This document shows positions 57,137-64,000 of a stretch of 64,000 nt of DNA, one piece after another (the stretch's first letter is position 1; each line of letters begins with the position of its first letter). The notes under the pieces were generated by a model. That model did no database searches and was not told the DNA's origin. It saw nothing but the letters and a program-made list of their open reading frames with translations. The stretch comes from a virus (lineage: Duplodnaviria > Heunggongvirae > Uroviricota > Caudoviricetes). Location: IMG/VR virus record IMGVR_UViG_3300046791_000283, positions 1-64,000 of that record. One strand, given 5' to 3'. Made by a program: the position numbers and the translations under genes.

Positions 57137-57895
57137 TTAAGCGTTAAAGCCACTGAACCATTCAGCACTGTTGTCAATAGTTGTAACAGGATTTGGTTTA
57201 ACGCCTCTCCTGCGATTCAAAAAATTAAGTGCTCCTGTATTCTTTCCGCCAACATCTAGTGCATAGAGATTCATTAGATTTTCAGTAAGCCCGTTAAAGG
57301 CATTGAATTTATTTTGCAACGATGATCCGATGAGTGCTGATTTTGCCTGATTATAATTTTCAAATGAAGCCCTCTCGTGACCAGCCTGAACTCCAAGGGT
57401 TTGATTCAACCGTCCCTTTGCATTAGCCCGATATCCTTCATTGGCCACTTCTAAATCCTTAAGAACTTCCTTCTCCCGTGCATCAGCATCGGCTACAGAT
57501 TGCTGAATGGTTCCAGCGTTTTTAGTTCCTCGCATTGTTCTAGCGATCGTATTAGCTGAAGATGTACGGAGTTTATCAACCGTTCTACCATAACCTGGTG
57601 CAACGCTTGCGTTGGCATCTATTCTGGCACCGGCCACGGCCTCCTGAACAGATGGAGGAATATAATTACTTGGCTTAATCTTCCCTGCTAACTTTTTCTG
57701 CTTATCACCCTGATATTTTTGATATGCAGAGGTGGCCAGTGTGGTTAAAATTGGGATCAATGGAGCGATCATCGCTATATCGCGCTTCTTAATAAAAAGA
57801 AGACTGATTGCACTCCAAATGAACAGGGAACTCAGGATGTATATTTCCATGGTGTTAAAGTTAAACAGAAAATTCCTCAGTCTTAAAGACCACAT
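57137..57895 (-). CDS. virion-associated protein with N-terminal TM segment (hypothetical)
   Basis: 252 aa. Confidence 0.5.
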   Translation of the reverse strand: MWSLRLRNFLFNFNTMEIYILSSLFIWSAISLLFIKKRDIAMIAPLIPILTTLATSAYQKYQGDKQKKLAGKIKPSNYIPPSVQEAVAGARIDANASVAPGYGRTVDKLRTSSANTIARTMRGTKNAGTIQQSVADADAREKEVLKDLEVANEGYRANAKGRLNQTLGVQAGHERASFENYNQAKSALIGSSLQNKFNAFNGLTENLMNLYALDVGGKNTGALNFLNRRRGVKPNPVTTIDNSAEWFSGFNA

Positions 57896-60800
57896 TCACA
57901 TGGCTCATCTGAGCCTTATCCAGTCGATCTGTTTCGACCTCAATTTCAGCATAATTTGACACAATATCATCACCGGAACGTAATGCTAATTGCCCCTCCA
58001 TCACCTCTGTATTCGTATCCTTTAAGATAGCAGCGGTCCAGATGCCCTCATCTAGCTCAAATTCATAGGCTGGTATAATGGATTCCTGGCCCTCAGGGGT
58101 GGTGATTCTAACCGGAATAAATTCACTCGTTGGATCTGTACACAGTGCCCCTTTGATATGAAAATTTAAATACCTCTTATTCTTACCCAATAAGGCATTA
58201 GAAACAAACTTCCATTTTCTGGTGTACTGAACTCCAAAGAAATTATTGTGGATTGGATTAACATTCTGTAACCACAACTTACCATCTTTAAATGCTACCA
58301 GGTCCGTGTTAAGACTGCAATACATTTCTGGGATGAAACTGTACCGTGTTTGCCATTCCTTAGATTCAATATTAAATGCCCAGGTTTCACCGGCCACAAT
58401 GATTGCATCGAATTGGTCACGGACATCTGGAAATGTAATGAGTAGTTCACCATTCAAATAATCGAATGCCGTAATCACCTTTATTTCATTTCGGTAAGGA
58501 AAATAATCCCTTGACTTCTTGAAGAAATCATAGGTCTTGCCATAATTACTAATTGGATATAACCCGGAAGCAGAATATTGAATCACAGCCCCCTGTAAAC
58601 CATCCCACCAAAAAGCGAAACCAAATACACGGATCATGGATTCGGGATTAATCGTACCATAGTTCAAAGCCATCTCACGATCATCACCAACCACATTATC
58701 TGTTTGAACTAAAATGAAATCATTCTTCTGCTGACGCATAAAACTCTCACCAACATAAAGTGAAGAGGTAAAGCGCTCATGCACTGCTACCAACACTCCA
58801 CTGACCTTAATAGCACCACGTACAGGTCCTCTTTCTATTGCTAGCGTATACTGATTAGTTGCCAAAAACGAATTAAGCCCATTGATAAATGAATTTTGAA
58901 CATAAGGATTTGAAAATCCAAAAGTACTGTAGATATCAACCTCACGTTCTTTAAAAATTGTATGAGGAATACCAAGATCGGAGGCAATCTTATTATAATC
59001 AAATGTAGACACTGGTACAGTTGCCCTGAATAATCCTGTGTCGGAACCAGATGTAGCCTCTCCTATGGTAACTGATTGCGTCCCACTTGTGGCATAAATT
59101 GGACTCGGTGTCTCCACTGGAAATTCAAACCATCGGCCATTGATCACATTTCGCCAATTTCCTGAAATAGGAGCGAATTCTCCTGATTCAAATAAATCAG
59201 AGAAAGTAACATCACCATACATCGTTCCCCTCAACCCACCTCCACGCTGCGTCACTACATACGTATCTCCTTCAAGGTTTCCGTTAAGCACAGTAAACTC
59301 ATCGTTTTGTATTGGGTGGATAACACCGGTCTCATTGAATACAACATTTTCTGATTCAGTTGGTTTGAATACCTCAATTCCTATCCCAGAAGCCGCTGCA
59401 TATCCAAAAAAATCATTTCCAGAACCATCGTGGACAAGAAACTCGGGGGCCGCTTCAATCACTAGGAAATCACCGATTACATCGATAACCTTATAAAACT
59501 TAGTTGCTATCGAGCTTATTAAAAACCTGACAAAGAAACCCGGTGTAACCGCAGAAGGAATATTAATTGGTGTTTGAATGTAAAGAAATCTAGTCTCCTC
59601 AAGATGATCGTACCCACCTAAATTCAAGAACACCTTCCCTCTCCAGTTTAAATAATAACTATGCGTAGCGTTATCGTTTCCATCTGGTGTTGATAATTCT
59701 CTAACATAAAAATGCACTGCTGCAAATGTTTGAAAATGCACTGACTGAAATTTATTCTTTGTCAATACAATATGGTACTTACTAAATCCTGGTGGTGGAG
59801 ATCCGGTCAATGCCCATTGAATAAATTTTCTATTATCACGTCTGAATTTATACTCACGTGTATCAGCTGGATCAATGTAATAAGGGACTGTTATTGTTTT
59901 TGATCTTTTTACAAAAGTCCTTCCTCCATAATCAGCTTCAAAAACAACACCAACGCTATAAACCCCACCTTCTTTTAAATATTTAATATTTGGATAAGTA
60001 TCATCCGTGTTCTCTGATCCCAATGTTATCTCAAGATCAAAGGTTGATTCATCGATATTAAAACCGGTTTTATTCAATGGAGTAAACACCCTGTTTTCTA
60101 CTATTTCTAAAGCATTAGTAATCTTTGGGATGTAGTCATACACACGAAGTTGATCGTCTTTAGAAACAGCTGTGGATTTCCCGTTATTAGTAAAATCAAC
60201 CGTATAGCTATTCCCTCCAATGGGATTGTCTACTTCTTCAAAAATGAAGTAATCTCCAGTATTTCCTTTTCTGTATGCAAAGTTGATTCGCTTAACAAGT
60301 CCAGATAATTCTAACGGTAGATTGGTTGTCACCTTTATAGTGTTGTACTCTTGGCCTGGTACTATGGTTACCTCAAATCCTGAATTAGTTATGAGATCAA
60401 AATTTTCATAAGGCCTGATCCAAGCGAGCTTACTCAGAGAACTAAATGTAGAGTACCTATCATCGTGGTAAACAAATTGACACGCAAATTGCCAGGTGTT
60501 ATCAAAAATTCTATTGATAGTTAAGGTGTTATCAAAATGCAAGATAATCGTTGGTGCAGAAGGTGGTTTGGTAGCCAGGGAAAGTTGATATTGAGAATAC
60601 GGGGCCACATAACCTCCTGCTCTTGCTTTTGAAAGGCTGATTGATCTGGGTGAATTAAAAGCATCGTTTGAAATCCAAAGATCATCGATGCATCCGCCCT
60701 GAGTAATCAAATGATTTTCATCAAATCCAAGGCTGCTACCATACAATAGGGTTGTAAACACACCGGTATCAACAAACCACTCAAATACCCTGTGGTCAAG

Positions 60801-61076
60801 ATTACTATTCCATACGCAGAATATTATTGAGTTATCCTTAGTATTAACAAATCGACCAATTGTCTTATTTGTTCCAGCTGGAAGTGAATTGTCTTTTAAA
60901 ATATTTCCTGGAGTTGATTCTAGAAGGCCGCGGGCACCATTACTTGTCTTATACCTACAGTTTACAGCATCGAGCAGATCTCCGGGAAGAAACATGCGAT
61001 TCCCATCTCTTCCCACAGCGCCAGGTGAGAAGTCTTTATTAATTCTATTTGGGACATATTTTTCAATCTGCTGCAT
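57861..61076 (-). CDS. large tail / receptor-binding protein (hypothetical), 1071 aa
   Basis: Long beta-rich protein typical of tail fibre or baseplate proteins; position in the structural module. Confidence 0.55.
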   Translation of the reverse strand: MQQIEKYVPNRINKDFSPGAVGRDGNRMFLPGDLLDAVNCRYKTSNGARGLLESTPGNILKDNSLPAGTNKTIGRFVNTKDNSIIFCVWNSNLDHRVFEWFVDTGVFTTLLYGSSLGFDENHLITQGGCIDDLWISNDAFNSPRSISLSKARAGGYVAPYSQYQLSLATKPPSAPTIILHFDNTLTINRIFDNTWQFACQFVYHDDRYSTFSSLSKLAWIRPYENFDLITNSGFEVTIVPGQEYNTIKVTTNLPLELSGLVKRINFAYRKGNTGDYFIFEEVDNPIGGNSYTVDFTNNGKSTAVSKDDQLRVYDYIPKITNALEIVENRVFTPLNKTGFNIDESTFDLEITLGSENTDDTYPNIKYLKEGGVYSVGVVFEADYGGRTFVKRSKTITVPYYIDPADTREYKFRRDNRKFIQWALTGSPPPGFSKYHIVLTKNKFQSVHFQTFAAVHFYVRELSTPDGNDNATHSYYLNWRGKVFLNLGGYDHLEETRFLYIQTPINIPSAVTPGFFVRFLISSIATKFYKVIDVIGDFLVIEAAPEFLVHDGSGNDFFGYAAASGIGIEVFKPTESENVVFNETGVIHPIQNDEFTVLNGNLEGDTYVVTQRGGGLRGTMYGDVTFSDLFESGEFAPISGNWRNVINGRWFEFPVETPSPIYATSGTQSVTIGEATSGSDTGLFRATVPVSTFDYNKIASDLGIPHTIFKEREVDIYSTFGFSNPYVQNSFINGLNSFLATNQYTLAIERGPVRGAIKVSGVLVAVHERFTSSLYVGESFMRQQKNDFILVQTDNVVGDDREMALNYGTINPESMIRVFGFAFWWDGLQGAVIQYSASGLYPISNYGKTYDFFKKSRDYFPYRNEIKVITAFDYLNGELLITFPDVRDQFDAIIVAGETWAFNIESKEWQTRYSFIPEMYCSLNTDLVAFKDGKLWLQNVNPIHNNFFGVQYTRKWKFVSNALLGKNKRYLNFHIKGALCTDPTSEFIPVRITTPEGQESIIPAYEFELDEGIWTAAILKDTNTEVMEGQLALRSGDDIVSNYAEIEVETDRLDKAQMSHVNVVFKTEEFSV

Positions 61077-61885
61077 TAATTCTTAGGCGTTTGACGATAT
61101 CCGCTCCGTAAAGCTTCTTTGATATCCTGAATGCTCATGTTCATTTGACGTATTAATACGTTATCAACCTCATTATTATAGAGTCTCATTGCCCGCTCCT
61201 TCTCTCCCATTGGGAAGCGATCATCATTTTCTTTACGCTGCCAGTGAATCCATAGCTTACCAAGTCTGAAGGCATACGGATGAATTACTGTCTCTCCATC
61301 GTGATTAACCCCATCGGTAATCCATTCCAGGTACACTTTATTCTGACCCTTCACTGTCTCCTTGAAATTTATAACCCGCTTGGTCCAATCGATGTCAAAA
61401 TATCCTAGATAATTCTGACGTACAGCGAGACCATAGTACTTGTTCATAAGACCATCACGACCATATGCACCAAAGAAAGGAAGTTTATCGTCTGATACCT
61501 CGAGGTCATTCACATGACAGCACGGAGTGTTTTCAACCGGATCACAGTTCGTATCGGACTTGTCAAATGTTTTTGGAATATTACGATCGTACGTAAACGT
61601 CTTAATCATGTTACCACACTTGAAACCAACTATGGTTACATCCACAGCATCGCATGGAAGATCCAATTGTTTCCATGGCTTCATTTCAAATTCACCTGCC
61701 TCCACCTTACGACCCATATCCATGTGATACTCCCTGGCAAACTCATAGGCATAATGCAAGAATTGATTGAATCTCTCCTCGCCGGCCTGAATATCTTCCA
61801 ATGCAGACCAAACCATTGCGCTCAGTGTATAAAACTGATTCTGTTCAATGTCATTTGGTTTTATGGTAGCTGCTTTCTTTGCCAT
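61076..61885 (-). CDS. virion structural protein (hypothetical)
   Basis: 269 aa. Confidence 0.55.
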   Translation of the reverse strand: MAKKAATIKPNDIEQNQFYTLSAMVWSALEDIQAGEERFNQFLHYAYEFAREYHMDMGRKVEAGEFEMKPWKQLDLPCDAVDVTIVGFKCGNMIKTFTYDRNIPKTFDKSDTNCDPVENTPCCHVNDLEVSDDKLPFFGAYGRDGLMNKYYGLAVRQNYLGYFDIDWTKRVINFKETVKGQNKVYLEWITDGVNHDGETVIHPYAFRLGKLWIHWQRKENDDRFPMGEKERAMRLYNNEVDNVLIRQMNMSIQDIKEALRSGYRQTPKN

Positions 61886-61888
61886 TCC

Positions 61889-62554
61889 TTATTGATTTTG
61901 TGCCCTTAGGTTTGGATTGTTATCAAGTAAACGATCCTGTGTGAATTTATTCTGTACTCTCAATTTAACGCGATCCATTATCCGTGCTGCACTCTCTGGA
62001 AGAATAGGAAGTGGATCATCAAGACCAATGGATTCGGGTGCCGCGATGAGTAATTTCATGCAAACATGAGTAATATTATCACGCTTGATATCTCGCATCC
62101 ATATTACCCGCATGCCCTCAGTATAGTATCCCCAATTCTTTTTCTCAAAATTAGCGTGCGGCAAGTTCATAGTAACCCCTGGATTGGTTACCCGGATCAT
62201 TGGAAGCAAATGAACTTTCTTATTAACACCTTCCTGTTTATGAACAGAGTGAATACCCTTGTTATGTTTTATTGAGATAAACTCTCCAGGCAACTCAGCA
62301 TAAATTTCCTGAGTTGTATTATCCTTCTTAACCTCAATGTTTTTGTACGTGGCTATGTACTGAGTGATATGTGATTTATCATCCTCGTCTCCTCCACGCT
62401 TTTGAAGCATCTTGAATTCAAGATCTTCATTCATAGCTTCCCTTAAATGCTGAATAACGTAGGCTGGATCATATGGAGAATCGTTTGGAATATCTCCACC
62501 GGATAGGTCACGAATGACACGTTCTTGCATTATGTTCAATGTATACAAGCTCAT
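61889..62554 (-). CDS. virion structural protein (hypothetical)
   Basis: 221 aa. Confidence 0.55.
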   Translation of the reverse strand: MSLYTLNIMQERVIRDLSGGDIPNDSPYDPAYVIQHLREAMNEDLEFKMLQKRGGDEDDKSHITQYIATYKNIEVKKDNTTQEIYAELPGEFISIKHNKGIHSVHKQEGVNKKVHLLPMIRVTNPGVTMNLPHANFEKKNWGYYTEGMRVIWMRDIKRDNITHVCMKLLIAAPESIGLDDPLPILPESAARIMDRVKLRVQNKFTQDRLLDNNPNLRAQNQ

Positions 62555-63207
62555 CGTTTGGCCTCACCGGCTTTTATTTGTTCAGCGTACTGTATAACCT
62601 GTTGTTCCCTTAGATTGATTCCAAATCTCGACAAGATCGCCATCACCAGGTTAGGGAATAATAGGATATCGAAATCAACATCTGTAGATCCGGCATCATT
62701 ATAAACATACTTTGTCCCATTAATCGTATATGCCCATTTAGGTCTGGTTGGCTTTTTAAAGTAGTAAACGTTCAATGAGGTAACAGCGGATGGAAATACC
62801 ATCAACCCAACCTTTGGAGTAGAGTCCGAACCATTGTGTTCAATTTTACAGATAGGTAGGTCTGTAGTCGGTGGGGATAGTTTACGATTCATTCTGTGTG
62901 TCCAGAATTTATCCGGAATAACATCAACTTTTTTGTTGGCTGGAGTTGTAATGAATCGTGGATGCGCATAGTCAGGAGGTAGATCGGCAAAACCACTGGT
63001 AAATGATACTATCTTCCTGGATTTAAAATTTTTCAGATAATCACTGATCTGCTGAGTCTTCTCATAGATTTCAATATTGCTATTGAATGCACCGATAGTG
63101 ATCTCATACACTACCGCATCAAATTTTTCTGGTGTTGGTTTGGACGCGATATTCTTGCCGGCCAATACACCGTACAATTCATGCAGATCTGAAATAACTT
63201 TTGCCAT
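62551..63207 (-). CDS. virion structural protein (hypothetical)
   Basis: 218 aa; 4-nt overlaps. Confidence 0.55.
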   Translation of the reverse strand: MAKVISDLHELYGVLAGKNIASKPTPEKFDAVVYEITIGAFNSNIEIYEKTQQISDYLKNFKSRKIVSFTSGFADLPPDYAHPRFITTPANKKVDVIPDKFWTHRMNRKLSPPTTDLPICKIEHNGSDSTPKVGLMVFPSAVTSLNVYYFKKPTRPKWAYTINGTKYVYNDAGSTDVDFDILLFPNLVMAILSRFGINLREQQVIQYAEQIKAGEAKR

Positions 63208-63665
63208 TACTCAGCCTTTTTTTCCTCGTCCTTCTCTTCTACCTTAATGAAGCCCAAATCAATCAGTGCTTCTCTTTCGTATGGTTTAAGCCCAGCATCA
63301 TCGGTCGTTGAATATATCGTAAATTTAGGGGCCTCCTCATCATTAAATTTACGCTTTGCATCAATCAGCTTTTTCTGATTATCCTTAGTAAATATCAATT
63401 TACCTTCAGATTCCTCCACAACTTCCTTGCCTTCAACCATGCTCGTTTTTTTGATTTTCTCTCTCAAGAATATTTCGCAACCATGCTCGTTTTTATATGT
63501 TGCCGCATGCTCATCATCTAAATCACTCATTTTATCCGTGTGAAAAGTAATGAAATCAGCCATGTTACGCATGGTTCTGGATGCTGCGTACTCTCTTTTT
63601 GACTTGGGTTCTAAAGTTAGTCCATTCAAAATGTTGAATAACTCTACTGCTTTTCTGTTTTTCAT
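63207..63665 (-). CDS. hypothetical protein with acidic C-terminal tail
   Basis: 152 aa. Confidence 0.55.
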   Translation of the reverse strand: MKNRKAVELFNILNGLTLEPKSKREYAASRTMRNMADFITFHTDKMSDLDDEHAATYKNEHGCEIFLREKIKKTSMVEGKEVVEESEGKLIFTKDNQKKLIDAKRKFNDEEAPKFTIYSTTDDAGLKPYEREALIDLGFIKVEEKDEEKKAE

Positions 63666-63675
63666 GTTTAGTGGG

Positions 63676-63897
63676 TTATAATCCTATTCTTGAGACAAAA
63701 TACATTTTCATTCGTTGCGCAATAAATCTTGCCATCAACTGCCTTCCATCCTGTAGGGCCGCCTGTCCAGGGCTTCCAGGAAATCCCGGATGAACACCAT
63801 CATAAGTATACCTTCCCAACGGACTCTTCTCAAACTTCTGAGACATACCAAGCTCTTCAAACATATTAATTACTGGGCAGTTCATGTACTTCGCCAT
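63676..63897 (-). CDS. hypothetical protein
   Basis: 73 aa. Confidence 0.45.
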   Translation of the reverse strand: MAKYMNCPVINMFEELGMSQKFEKSPLGRYTYDGVHPGFPGSPGQAALQDGRQLMARFIAQRMKMYFVSRIGL

Positions 63898-64000
63898 ACG
63901 AATTGCTTGGTCTGTAACGGATTTTAACTGAGCATAACTATTTGTTGATTGATATGGGGTACATACAAATATAGTCGCATGGGGGAAAACAATCGATAAT

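Overview
The window looks like part of a temperate tailed phage or prophage of a Bacteroidota host, at about 45% GC. The host call rests on three sequence-level signs: no Shine-Dalgarno sequences, A/C-rich unstructured leaders, and promoters of the Bacteroidetes TTTG...TAnnTTTG type. Positions 1-9400 carry a minus-strand packaging/head module: large terminase with a GPRGFGKT Walker A, a putative 808-aa portal, and a small terminase candidate. Positions 9480-21400 carry plus-strand early and accessory genes: a tRNA with an insertion in its anticodon loop, a P-loop ATPase, a DEDD exonuclease, an acyl carrier protein, a full-length GroEL, an SPFH protein, a DUF1643-like protein and an RRM RNA-binding protein. 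Positions 21400-22430 are a roughly 1-kb non-coding hub. Positions 22430-28600 hold the most unusual feature: an operon of small ORFan genes in which eight gene junctions each carry a complete type I hammerhead self-cleaving ribozyme on the sense strand. Positions 28600-35660 are a DNA-modification/integration block: a C5-cytosine methyltransferase, a sulfotransferase-like P-loop protein, a beta-class methyltransferase carrying an in-frame LAGLIDADG-like insertion, and a tyrosine integrase. Positions 35690-45400 are a replication/recombination module: Gp37/Gp68-like protein, DnaB helicase, HTH regulators, a VRR-NUC nuclease, and an SSB-like protein. The DnaB and the SSB-like protein both end in the SSB-tip motif DDLPF. 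Positions 45200-64000 are minus-strand: spanin-like and holin-like membrane proteins, an Amidase_2 endolysin, a 2185-aa polyvalent protein with ParB-like and zincin HExxH domains, and large virion/tail genes. Product calls are by eye from motifs only; no database searches were run.
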